Positions 51,765 to 64,000 of a DNA stretch of 64,000 nt are shown here, in pieces. The notes under the pieces are model-generated. The model saw only the letters and a program-made list of their open reading frames with translations, ran no database searches and was not told the DNA's origin. Origin of the DNA: Glaucostegus cemiculus (lineage: Eukaryota); contig CDPCPM010000056.1 in NCBI GenBank assembly GCA_976551045.1, forward strand, positions 21,452,001-21,516,000, read 5' to 3'. Each line of letters opens with the position of its first letter. The stretch's first letter is position 1. The translations under genes were made by a program, and so were the position numbers.

Positions 51765-52483
51765 CCTGGATGTACAGCATGTTGACAAAGCACTAGCAAT
51801 GGTGCCCTCTTCCTGTTTCCCTTTAAGCAAGGCTGCATCCAGTAGTTTCCTTAAAAACATAATGGATTGTTTGCTGAGCATCTGAAAGAAATGAACCAGA
51901 GCTCCATGATGCCTGTTCCGATCATTCCGAGTTTCACTTGACATGGGTGCCTAATACAAGCATTTGCGGATTTGGGCTGATGACCTGGATGCCTTCCAAA
52001 AAGCCCTAACTAATACAGTGGGTACACACTTCTGGCGTGCTACAAGCATGTGAGCATCATCCGACCCTGGGTGCCTGCTATACATTTGTAATGTTATCCA
52101 GTTCCAATGATTCTAAAAATGCAATTAACCATGATCAGCATTTATCCCCCGAAGTGTGTGGCAGCATGGACACTGATGGATCATGTGCTTTCAGACACTA
52201 GCTTAGTTCTGTTTGACATGCATACTCATGCTTGAGGCAATGAAATAAATATCTGGTGTATGAAGATTATCATTTCCTTACTATTAACTGCTCATGTGTA
52301 ATCTGGTTCTGGATTGTATTTGTGGCATTCAGCTTCCAAGATGGTATTGGATTTTACTTGGTCTGTCGTTTTAATGAATGCACAGCCCTTCTTTGTTCAG
52401 AAATGGTACAAGTATTAAGCCTCTAGTTATGCCGATTTTTCTGAAAACATATATAAAACCTGGATGTACAGCATGCTGACAAA
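51765..52483. repeat. 25-bp direct repeats (24/25 identical) flanking a 669-bp unique segment
   Basis: CCTGGATGTACAGCATG(T/C)TGACAAA at 51765-51789 and 52459-52483. Confidence 0.9.
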
Positions 52484-55454
52484 AAAACTATTCTGCATTA
52501 GAGATTAGGAAGGTTAGCAAACTCTGGGTTTAATAGTTAATAGAGATTCTTTGTTTCTTTTCTATATCTTGTCCAGTTCCAGCTGTATCACTCAATTTTT
52601 TTTCTGTAGGCTAGAGTTACTTCTGGCTTTGGACATCTACCTAATTGGTACTTGAAATCAAAGAATTCAGAGCACGGTTCAGAAATCCCATGGATGCCAG
52701 AATTTCCGTTTAATGTCAAGTGCATCTGAGACAAGTTAGGATGAGAGGTAGTGCCCGGATGTTCAAGTGTAGATTTCTAGTGTCAACAGGATACGACTTG
52801 TAAACATGCCACACATGGAATAAATTTAGAACCAGGGCTCTGTGGGGTTCCAGGACAGAAAATTCAGCCAAAGCTGAATAAACAAACATGACTCTTTCTC
52901 TTTTTTTAATCTGTGGCTGAAAATATTATTCTAACCACAGACCTCATCCTTGGATGACTGACTATGCTCATAACTGTGCTTGCTAAAAAAGCCACTATAA
53001 TTAGAGATTTAAAGATGTTTTTGGTGCATCTTCCCACGAGAATTTTGCACAACTGAACACTCCTTTATACATTGTGCATCTACTGGTAAATGTTGCATGC
53101 CCAAGCTAATGTTGTAAAACTTGAGAAGAAAATATTCACCCAGGTAATCATTGTTGTGGTTATGTATTTGACCCAAGATAAGTAATGTGGGTGGTCCAGA
53201 ATATATTCTGGAATACTTTCCATTGAAATTAGTCTTCCATGCATGTCCTAAACTCTGGAGTGAATAACAGACATTAATATATAGATAAAGAAGTTATTTA
53301 ACATAGTACAAGAAAATAGAATGAAACACACAATCACCTCAGATATGGAAAAGATTGTACTTCTGTCAAAGTGTCAGCAATATTTACTGACATTTAGATG
53401 AGTTTAAGATGTTATTAAATTTAGGTAAATTTGATGTTAATTTGTGTGGAAGTTAGACTCCTTTCCATTTCAGTCATTGCAACCATTTTGATCAGAGAGG
53501 AAACTGGATAGCAGAGTGTCTGACACTTCCCTGCACAGATCTCCTCCGCTATTCTCTTCAAACTTAACACAGCTCTTTTCTTTCAGTAGTGATTTTCAGG
53601 GAGCTTTAGAGAAAGGGCTATGGGTAAAGGGTAGGGGAATGAGGCTAAAAGGAGAAGCCTACCACAGGCACAGTAGATTGAATGACATCTTTCAGAGCAG
53701 TATCATTCTACAATTCTCTTGAGTGAGTATGTGTTTTTCTTGATGGTGAGTTAGCAACTACAATCATTACATACCAGTACAATAAGAACTAGATGTCCAA
53801 ATCCAACTCTAATATGTAATCAGATTTGTGCCAAACATCTTACAAAGTTAAAACAGCTGAGTGGGAAAAGCCAGGAGGAAATTCCCTGCCAAATAATTTC
53901 CTTCAAACTCCAGTAACAAGGATATGAAATCAAGTAAAAATTTATTTTATACATGCTTTAAAACTGTATTACATTAAACATGGAGGAAAATAATTGGGCA
54001 GTTTCAGCAGTGACTTGGGGAAGAAATGTGTTTAAATATCAAGAAGTACTCAAGTAGAAAAATAAATTATGATAGTCAAAAATCCTGAGAAAACACCCGA
54101 TGATGCTTCACTTCTTTGCAGTCCTCTAGCCAGCTAGGGTGCTTGGCGTCAGTCTCTCATGATACCACTTAGGGGCAATTTGATCATATATCTGCTGTAA
54201 CACTAGGTAGTTATAATTTTACGGTTTTAATGGTGATGGATATATTATAGAGATTGATAAAGACTCATTGATGTTGTTTATATAGTTTAATGTGTTCCCT
54301 CCTAAAAATAAAACAAAAGCTGGTGTTCTGAGTATTTATGGATCTTGCTTGCTAGTTAATAAATTGTAACACTACCATAATTCCTGAAGATCAGAACCTT
54401 TAAAATTATAAATGGGCTGAATCGAGCTGAATTCTGCTTGCTGGCCAGACTCATGACGGTGGTTCCAGCCTTCTACAATCACTTGGGCCAATGCAGAGGG
54501 CTGATGAAGCTGACCCTCTGACATTCAGAAACATAAACAGAATTAAAATTGAGATAGCTAGCTCAAAAAATTATAATGTTTAAAAAAAGTTTCGGCAATA
54601 AAAAAAAGTAATTACAATATACTACAACAAGAAATTATTTAATATATCAAAACAAAATCTAATAACTAAAACATAAATGACTAAACTTACCTTTATCCTG
54701 GGATGATGTGGGTGAAAGGTTGCTTATTTTTCCTTCAAACTGTATTTTATTTCTTCTTAAGCAATTAATACCATGCTTAGTGAGGATATCACTGACTTTG
54801 AAAGCCATTTAGGATACTTTAGTTAGCATGCCTTGCTTACTTCTTTAATTGTTACTGAGTAATGGCACCAGTATAATCATATGCTGAGTTATGTATTGGA
54901 ACCAATGAAACAGAAAATGTGAAATGTATTGTCAATATTGATTTGATGATATTCTGTATCAATTTGACATGTTGAATGGTTTCAGCTCCAGAAGTAACGG
55001 ATAGTTTTTTTTCAAAGGCATGCTCTAATTTGGCTTTGTTATCTAAATGTTTAATTTATTTTTCCAATTTGCATAAATATGTAACAGAATCTTACTTCTA
55101 CTTCCAATCCTGATCCCTTCTTGAGTGCTACACAGATTTAAACATCCATTAGTCACATGATAAATTAGAACATGCAAATCCCATGAACTGTTCAGAAATT
55201 CTGAGTTTCCTCGAGCTTTAAAATCAAGGCAAACTAGGTAATGTTGCAAAGAAAAAGGTTCAATGAAAGCTTATCTCAAAGCTAAAAGCTACAATTAAAG
55301 TTGGGGTTAGAATAAGTTTTTTTTTCTCTTCCCCCCCCTTTTCCCCCCACACCCCTTCCCTTTGGAGCAGACTCGATGGGCCGAGTGGCCTACTTCTGCT
55401 CCCTTGTCTTGTGATTAAAGTAGTAATTGTACAGCTCAACAGAAATAGATAGTA

Positions 55455-55825
55455 CTGTAGCAACAGACACAAAATGCTGGAGGACCTCAGCTGGTAAGGC
55501 AGCATCTACAGAGAGAAATAAACAGTCGACATTTCGGGTTGAGATCCTTCATCAGGACTGGAAAGGAAGAGGGCAGAAGCCAGAAATATGAAGGTCAGGG
55601 GAGGGGGAGGAGCACATACAGGGGATAGGTGAGTCCAGGTGAGAGGGAGAAGGTAGGAGGGTGGAGGAGGGGTGAGATGTAAGAATCTGAGAGGTGATAG
55701 GTCAAAGAGGCAAACAGCTGAAGAAGAAGGATTCTGGTAGGAGAAGGCAGTGGAGCATGGAATAAAGGGAAGGAGGTGGGGAATAGATGGGCAGGTCTTG
55801 AAGGTGGGGAGGGGGGCCACAGGAA
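55455..55825 (-). mobile_element. Penelope-like element 3' region and pseudo-LTR
   Basis: CACAAAATGCTGGAGGACCTCAGC...GCAGCATCT, the hammerhead motif, then the purine-rich flank typical of these elements. Confidence 0.85.
55523..55560 (-). ncRNA. Minimal type I hammerhead ribozyme motif
   Basis: Minus strand CAGTC-CTGATGA-AGGATCTCAACCC-GAAA-TGTC-GACTG: 5-bp stem I, intact CUGAUGA and GAAA core, GUC cleavage triplet. Stem II is mismatched. Confidence 0.7.
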
Positions 55826-57179
55826 TACTGTAAAACTCCTTACAAGATGTAAAGGAGCTGGTCTTGCAACTCTGGGGAAGTTTTCACAGCAGACAGTTGA
55901 TGGTTGTTTAAAGAATAATGCTGAAGGTAACTTCTAGCATTATAGTAATACTGAGTACTGAGAAATGACTGGTGGAATTACAAGAATGCTGAGAGTCACT
56001 GCTGAGATGTGAATTAATGCTGAGAAAAAACAGTATTTTTAGATGTTGAGAATCATGAGTAGTATTACTTACTGTAAACAACTATTTTGTACAGACAGAC
56101 AAGAATGGACAACCAAAAAATATTTTTTCAGATGGAGTTTGTTATAATCACAAAACTATAAAACTGAACCTTGTGTTCTTTAACAAGTGTTTTCACCATG
56201 TTCTTTCTTCCATTAAAAAAAGTCAAAAGTGCTTTAATGCAAGATCAGCTTCTTCTGAATATCATAATCCTATGGGTGCCAAATTAGTTTAAGTAACCAT
56301 CATTTAAATCTGATGCTGGATCTCTACATTCTGTTCTTGGGCTGTGGGATTGCACACCGAGGCCATTGTTCAGACACAAACAATTCCTATGCTGGAATAT
56401 TGCTGCAAAGTCTTCCCAGATGTCTAAACTAACCCTCTGGCAAAAATGCTAATAGAACTGAAAGAAAGGAAAAAATAAGAAAGATGTGCTTAAATGATGG
56501 GAAGATTAATATCTAGGAAAATGACTACATTCAACAACATATTCTATCATAACTGGGAACACGTATTTGACCTTTTGGGGATATCCAGAGAAGGTACATT
56601 CACAATCTGTAAGCCCCTTCTTTATGTCAGAACTGTCTTCTGCAGTATGCTGAGAGGTGGATTGTTTCAAGGACAAAGAGAAGGTGCCAAAATAGAATTA
56701 GTCACTGCTTTGTTTTATGTGCTTTTAGCTGGAGTAAAAGGTGAATTCAAAGGCTTTCAGGGTCTTTTTTGTTCATAACAACATGGTGACATCCAGAGCA
56801 CACTATGTTCTCTCATTTTTCAGTCAGTTCATATCAACCGAGGCAATTGCGAATAGTGCAATGTTGCTGTAGGATGTTACTGTGGCCCAATACAAATGCA
56901 TTCCTTTGATAGTTTCAATGGACCAAAAGACAAACCAAGCCTTCTTTCACACTGAACCAGGAGTTCATAAAGAAATTTTCACATCTGACCACTGTTATGG
57001 AAATAGAAAAGCTCTTCAGACAATACTCAGACAAGAATGTTGCTCATGGATCCTAGCCTCTTACTTAAGTTGCTCAACCTGTTACACTTTCCACTGACCA
57101 CCATAAACAAACAATAATGCTTTCCCTAGTTTGTCCCTTGCTCCTCTTTCGCCTTTACCTGCTTCAAGCACATTGCCTT

Positions 57180-58042
57180 TTTCTGTTTTTTCTTACTAAA
57201 ATCCTCATTCTTAGATGCTGTCACTTCTCCCTTCCCTTAGCTCTGCAATGACCAATTCTTTATTCTGGGTGATTTCAATATTCATCTCAGTTCACCTTCT
57301 CTGATTATATAGTCCTCTTGTTCTCTCTTATCATCTCCCTCTATATGAACTCTCACACATTTCGAACCTTCTCAAGTAACTTCTGCTATCAGTATCAATC
57401 TTGACAACTTCCCTGTATCCCTCAGCAATCACAACCCATATTCCCTCCGATTCCACTGCCCTACATCCACCCAAGGAGAAGTTTTTCCCAATACATTCAA
57501 AACTCAACTGCCTGCACCCAAAACCTCATCAAATGCTGTTCAACCACACTGGCTTCCAATCCCTAACTCATCCATATCCTTACATTGCAGCTGTCCCATA
57601 TCATTGAATATCATAGAACATCACAGCACAGTACAGGCCATTTGGCCCACAATGCTGTGCTGACATTTTAACCTACTCTAAGATCAACCTAACCACTCTC
57701 TTCCACATATCCCTCTTATTTTTTCTATCATCCATGTGCCTATCTAAGAGTCTCTTAATCTCACCTATTCCTACCTCTTCCAGTCATACAACTACCCAAG
57801 AAAATTTTGTTCATACAGCTGTAGCAGTGCACTTTTCCCAACATCCTTTTCATAGTTGCTTCTATTATCAAGACCTCAGTCTCTAGAATTTCCTCCCTAA
57901 ACCATTCTGTACCTTCACTTTAACCTGTATTACTATTGTACTGACTCTTTTTTGTTGGTGTCCATTTTATTATCTGATTACACTTCTGTGAAGAATTGTT
58001 TATGCTATGAGTATCATATAAATACAAGATGCTTGCTGTTGT
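57180..58042 (+). mobile_element. Old L2-like LINE remnant, strongly deleted
   Basis: FFILGDFNIHL endonuclease motif near 57257-57290; L2-type tail CTTCTGTGAAG...ATATAAATACAAG near 57983-58028. Confidence 0.6.
57606..57760 (-). mobile_element. CR1 3'UTR fragment nested in the L2 remnant
   Basis: CATAGAACATCACAGCACAGTACAGGCCATTTGGCCCACAATG. Confidence 0.88.
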
Positions 58043-61000
58043 ATAGGTGTTAACTATACAGCTAGCCCTGTGAAGTAACTTCACCACTCTTTTGCACTTT
58101 GCTTCGAATGATGATTAGTTTCCCATCTTGGCAGAGGCAAGAAGTGCCAGGGCATGAGGTTAGAGATCATGGTAGTATACAATTCTGGTGCCACTAACGG
58201 CTGGCAGGCTTCAACAATGCCCATTTTAGGTTCTGAATTTCACTGTTGGTCTGTCCCACTAAACACTTTGATCATTTCAAACAGAGGAACAAATACCTAC
58301 CATCAACCACAGTTTTAATGTCTACCATCAGGAGAGACTTTACTTAAAGCAGTTTGGCTTAATATATTACAATCTTGATTCAATATTCATGCTCAATATC
58401 GTATTACTAAGTTGTCATTTATCAATAGGTTTCAGTACATGAAAGCATTTATATTAAAGGTGCAAAAGAAATTTATATTTTACAATGAAAATGCTGCCAC
58501 TTATCATCACTTTTCCTGAATAACTATTGTTGTAAGTCTGGTCACCCTGTAAAAACAGTCAAACTGTTATTATAATGACTTTGTGTCTTGGTCACTAGTA
58601 TGTAATTCGGCGAATCCCCTCAATAATTGCAAATACAACAAATGGGATGCTGTAATAATTTTTGAGATCTTGCAGGACACCCCATATTTCTGTGGGCTGC
58701 CCAGACTTATTTGGGGTTGACTCAGTTGACCATGTATTTGCTTCTGGTCTGTTTTAACAGCATCTGATTTTGTTCCTTGGAACTGCACTCTCTGCTTTTC
58801 ACGGAAACAAATATTGTCTTCTTCACAGCATAGCTTTCGTCCAGGGATATATTGCTACCAATGCAATATTCTGCTTAATGTATGTTCCAGCTTGAAAGGA
58901 GCCATTTTGTTTTGTGTTAGTTTATTGAAAGAAATATGGTATTTCTGAATTTCTTTTTTTCTTATGTACGAATATTATTGTGTAAAGTAGGTTGGATATA
59001 AAGGAATGGGAGGAGTCATGTGCAGAATATGGATTTTAGCATGGACTTTTAAGTCAGATGATCCACATCATGTGAAGTATCCTTCACATTATTTGTCAGC
59101 AATAAATGAATATGAGAGGATTATGTGGAGGATATTTTTCCCCATTAGAGCAGGAAATGGGACAAAATAGATCCATAAAACATGTAAGGGAGGAGCATTT
59201 ACAAATGCTGTCAAGGGGAGAAAGAGAGAAGTTGGGCAAACAGGTGTGTTACAATGTGATTATATCATTACATACCCACTGGGCTCCATGCAGGTGCGAG
59301 CTGCACACAATATAATTTGCTACTACTCTAACAGCATCACAAAGCTACGCTTATCCAAAGCAATGCAACTTTTTCATTTGCCATTAAATGAAACGCTGAC
59401 TCATATTGCCTAACTTGCGGGTCTACAGTGAAGCCAGTCTCTATGGGGTATTTATGTTCCCCCTCCTGCATCCCCCCACCCCACCACTTCCAACACACCC
59501 CACCCCTCTATTCTGTGTAACTTTTCAGATTGCTGAGTTCAGTGCCCAGGAACTATAGAAGTGGGCATAGAAGAATATATTTCTGCCTCAGTATTATTCT
59601 CTCAAATAAATTCTAATCTTATTATATCTACATCCTGACTTGCATATTATAATAATATGCAGAATATACAAGGAGAATATTATATTCATATCATATTGTC
59701 ATGAAAAAGTCAGCACTACATATCTCTATTAATTTTATAATGTGGGAAGAAAATGTTAAACCAAAAGTTAATGCAATGTTATATGTAATTCCAGACGATT
59801 TCCCCATTGAAATTTTTTTATTAATAGTAATTGAGGATATAAATTATGAATGAATGGTTTTCTTCTTTTTATTGGAAAAGTATCCTTGATGGTAATAATT
59901 CTTCCTAATAATTTTTTCCTCAGCAAGGAAAAAAATGTAATCATTAGTGTGTTATTTTTAACAGCCGTACGTTTTATCCTTTTGCTCCACCACATGTGAG
60001 AGACAGCTCCCTGCTGAATCCAGCTGCTTTCATTTAGAGGCCAGCCAGATTTCAAAGTCTGCGGCTTTCACCGGGCACCTTTTCACTAATCGTTGTGTTT
60101 TTATTAATAAAATGATACAACCCATACCAGTAACTGGCTGCGCTGGTTCACTGCTTTTGCAATGGAATACTCACAATATGCAGTTCTGAGGGTGCAAGGT
60201 AATAATGGAATCCATTTGGTGATATTGTCGAATGATGCAGCTAATGCTGCACATAGCAATTGGAACATTGATATCGCTTTGAAACATCAGAGATGATTCC
60301 AACTTATTGTTATAGTATTTTATATAAAGCAATTCTGACCTTGGAACTATGTCCCATCGTATTTCAAACATTAGTAATCTTTTCTGCTCTCAATAAACAG
60401 AAGCATTTATATGGCCATCAATGAGACCTGCCATATTTATCAATTCAATATTCCACCAGTGTCCTCCACTCCCCAACACTACATCACCGCACCACCACCC
60501 CAGCCCCAATGACCCACCATCAGTAATTTGCTTTAGTCTTGGCTTGAAGTGCTTATCAGCCTGGTATTCTCGCTATGAAGTCTTATCTGTCAAATATTCA
60601 ATAAAGCAATTTATCCTTCAGATAGCCCAGTGTCTCATACATAATATGCCAATTATATTCTTTGTGGACAGAACATCACATATCAGGCAACATAATCTGT
60701 ATTATTATGTTTTATGAGTGAGAAAGATTGCACTAATAAGTCTTTCTGATAAATGAAAAAAGATTACATTATTATGCATTCATTTCAAAGCTTGTATCCA
60801 AACTGGTAGAGACAGAAAACTGCAAGTTGCACCTCAGTAGATTACACTATAAAGACATTGTATTAACATTATCCTCCTGAAGTGGGGGCAGATTGCTGAG
60901 GGACTGTCCTTGCTCTTGGAATGAAAGTGCCTGGAGCTGCGGTCTATCCTTTCTCCCAGTAGCAGTCCACTGACAAAATACTCATGTTGTATTTGATGAA

Positions 61001-62949
61001 ACAAGACAATCTAATGACATATCATTCACCATATCCTGTACTGAATCATAAATATACCACACTAAGAGTAGTCACAAGCAGGATTTCTCCTGGCCTTCTT
61101 CCCAGTGGGTGATTTGCCATGTAGTGAAGTAATGAGCTTCTGATCTGCGATAAAGCTAGATAGAAAAATTCAGCATGCCAGTCAATCAGGTACAACTTTT
61201 ATGCACCTTGTAGTAGCAAAGTTAAAAGGACATTAAAGGAAGGACTAATGCTGGAAGGCTGGAATGGAAGATGATACTGTGCTTGACAGTGGAAGGCAAC
61301 TTAATTAACATGCACATGGCTGACTGCAATTCAACTTCCTTTCATTTGTGGGTTTAGTGGCTTTCTCCAATACAGTTCCGTTCACCATTTAAACAAAAAT
61401 ACAGAAAAATATCTGAACATTAATCATGATTCTTAATAACCATCTGAAAACAGGTCTTGAAGAAGAAGCCAATTTCTTTAGAGTGCTTACAAAAAAAAGC
61501 CTATGTTGTGATTTATCTTTATATCAGAATAATTGGAGAGTAATTTGGTAATGGATTGAATTGGCTGGGACACAATGCACAATACCTAGTAACTAAGGTG
61601 CGGGTGTAGGGGGCGGGGGTTGAAGTAGGGGTCCTTGCTCTTTATTTATGCCAATTAAAGTGAAGGTGCACTTTTTTTATCCGTATTAATAATATTTGCA
61701 TCTTGATTGGAAATAAGAAAGAAGAAAAATTTAAAGAATAACATTTTATCAATGCTTATTTTTTCTGTCTTAATCTGGAAAACAAGATAACAGTTTGGGA
61801 AAAATGGTTGACTCTAATTAAATTCTGAAATGCATTGTTTGTCAATAGTGCTTCCTCTTAGTCATTTATTGTTTTAATGCAATGTCTCAAAGTGCCTCCA
61901 TTTATTGAACAAACACAGAAGATAGTTTCTAATGGGAGCAAGCCCACAGTGGGAAATATGTTCCTTTTATCTCATCGGTCCCATTAAAGGGCAAGTATTC
62001 GCTCATTGTGGAATGTTGACAGTGGAGTCAGTAATGTTTCTGTGTAACCATCAACATTTTACAAACTATTTTTTTGTTTTTAATTATAGTGTTTTTACTG
62101 CTTTGAGGCTGATTCAATCTGAGATACTGAATTGCACTTAAAGACTGTTACATCAGCCACCGGGATAAGCCGTTATTTTTTGTTGTTGCAGGATGTGGCA
62201 CTGCAATAAATAAATCTAGACAGTTGATAAGTATCTGATGAGGTTATAAGAATAGCTCCTGTTGGAAAAAATATGTCACAGTGTCACAAAATGGTTCCTT
62301 CTCTTTTAATTTTCATGTTTTTTCATAGCTGTCTTTTCAGAGCATTCTCTTTTCTATTCCCAAATGTTTCTTCAGCATTCAAATGATCTTCTGTGGCCAT
62401 GGCACCCACCTCCACATACACCATCTCCACTGCTTCTATTCATTTGCTAAAAGGCTGCACAATCATTCAGATGTACCATACTGCTTGATTTGCCTTCATT
62501 TGACTTGAGTAGTTTATTTCTTCTGTCAGCTACTCAGCTTCACAAACCATTGCAGGTCACTCACTACCCAGGTGAGAAAAAGATAGCCATCCAGGATATG
62601 AATCTGAGCAGAAGATGAATGCAGAAATAAAGGCTGATATATCCCTTGGTTTTTCCAGAGCCCAGCATCAGCTAATATGTGTACATGACACAGGTTCCAC
62701 CCTGTTAAGTCCAAATATGGCTCTAGGACCTACCTGCTTTTCTATAACCCACTAACTGTTTGGAGGCCTTTAATCCACTCCTGACAGAGTGACTGCCCTT
62801 TTTGTCTCGTAGCTCTACCCAGATGGCCTCGTTTGAAGTACCTTCTGGGTTACCTTCCCTCCTCACTGGAGCTGTGGACTTCTTGATTAATATTACAATG
62901 CCACCTCCTCTTTTACATCCATTTCACTTCATGCCTGAAGATTCTATAC

Positions 62950-63070
62950 TCCTCTGATCACCTGAAACATCGGCTATTTCTCTTTCCATCAGACACTGCT
63001 TGACCTGTTCAGTGTTTCCCCATTTTCTGTTTTAATTTCAGATTTCTGGCAGCTTGAGGTTTTGTTTCTC
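62950..63070 (+). mobile_element. Penelope-like fragment
   Basis: CCTGAAACATCGGCTATTTCTCTTTCCATCAGACACTGCTTGACCTG...TTTCAGATTTC. Confidence 0.65.
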
Positions 63071-63427
63071 ATTTTTAGTTTATTCACCCAGTTTCTGCGC
63101 AAAGTAACTTGGTATAACTTGATGGTGTACCTTTCCTCTTCTCAATTGATTTCCTGGTTCTGTAGCTTCGGTAATCATAAATACAATGTCTGGGTTCAAT
63201 TCGCCCATCTCCTGAGAAGCAGTAAATATTTCATATTTACTGTCCCCCTCTGAGTCAACCCTTCATCCAAAGAAAATCAGACACAGGTTCTTTGTGTCTT
63301 CTCATAGCTCTGAGGCCTTAGTTTCTCATTTCCATAATACTTCCACTGCCAGAAGGTTTATCATTTTGTATAGAATTTTATTCTATACCACAGGTATACC
63401 AATATCTTGCCATAAACAAGAGGAATC

Positions 63428-63708
63428 TGAATTTATAAAGCAACCTTTACAACCTTGAGACATCCTAAAGTGCTTTACAACCATAAAATTCAATTATGGT
63501 TGTAACGTAGGGAAACATGACAGCTAACTTGTGTAAATAGGAGTCACCAAATGTACTCAGTCTAATGCCGCTGATTGAGGGATAAATATTGACTTGGATA
63601 GCCCTCTAACTACACTGAAGTTAATCGAGACGATGTGCTCAAAACTTTCTGAAGGAGGACATGAACTCAGAAAAAAAGTAGTTGACCATTGAGCCAAATC
63701 TGACACCT
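63428..63708 (-). mobile_element. Deu-domain SINE, decayed and internally deleted
   Basis: CATCCTAAAGTGCTTTACA, GTTGTAACGTAGGGAAAC, GATTGAGGGATAAATATTG, head CCATTGAGCCA. Confidence 0.7.
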
Positions 63709-63779
63709 AACCGTTTGCACAGTTTCATTATCTCTTGCTGCTTTTGGTATACTTTTCTTCTGGCCACACTTACCTCAAG

Positions 63780-63990
63780 GCCTAATTACCTTTCTGTCAC
63801 TGTTCACTGTATTCTTTGTTTCAGTTTGACATATAACAATCCTCCACATTCCTTCTCCTTCACTATGCCCACACCATTTAATTTACATTCTCACTGTACT
63901 CCCTTTGCAAGTTTAATTTTCAAAAATGTATTAATGTTCTGGAGTGGTCCAAGTATCAAGGCCTGGAAAGGAGAACAACTGGGAGAAACA
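63780..63990 (-). mobile_element. Very old CR1 RT remnant
   Basis: Minus strand resembles the xLGPL region and KLNGVGIVKEKECGG (compare Y.LNG..L..V..ERDLGV). Confidence 0.45.
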
Positions 63991-64000
63991 TTATTCACAG

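Noticed and set aside
51883-52053. Selenoprotein-like run of in-frame TGA codons
   Set aside because: An in-frame TAA interrupts it, I saw no SECIS, and it does not resemble selenoprotein P; CpG decay or chance is simpler.
1-64000. Strand bias of CR1 copies as evidence for host gene orientation
   Set aside because: Minus-strand copies are somewhat more common, but both orientations are well represented and the sample is too small.

Overview
AT-rich vertebrate genomic DNA. The repeat repertoire points to a cartilaginous fish, probably a ray, skate or sawfish (inference): CR1 LINEs with an esterase ORF1, L2, V-domain and Deu-domain SINEs, Penelope-like fragments and a Gypsy relic. I found no recognisable host protein-coding gene. 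Every ORF in the track with a recognisable protein signature is a decayed retroelement, so the window reads as a large intron or gene desert with repeat-free, enhancer-like islands. Best leads: (1) a candidate 6-nt microexon on the minus strand with strong splice sites (8083-8088); (2) a Penelope-borne minimal hammerhead ribozyme with an intact core (55523-55560, minus strand); (3) a 669-bp unexplained insert between 25-bp direct repeats (51765-52483); (4) perfect, apparently templated palindromes at 34122-34153 and 18472-18517; (5) a CR1 whose endonuclease domain is joined directly to its 3' tail. I cannot support a new biological system from the sequence alone. Repeat boundaries are approximate and family names come from motif recognition, not database searches.
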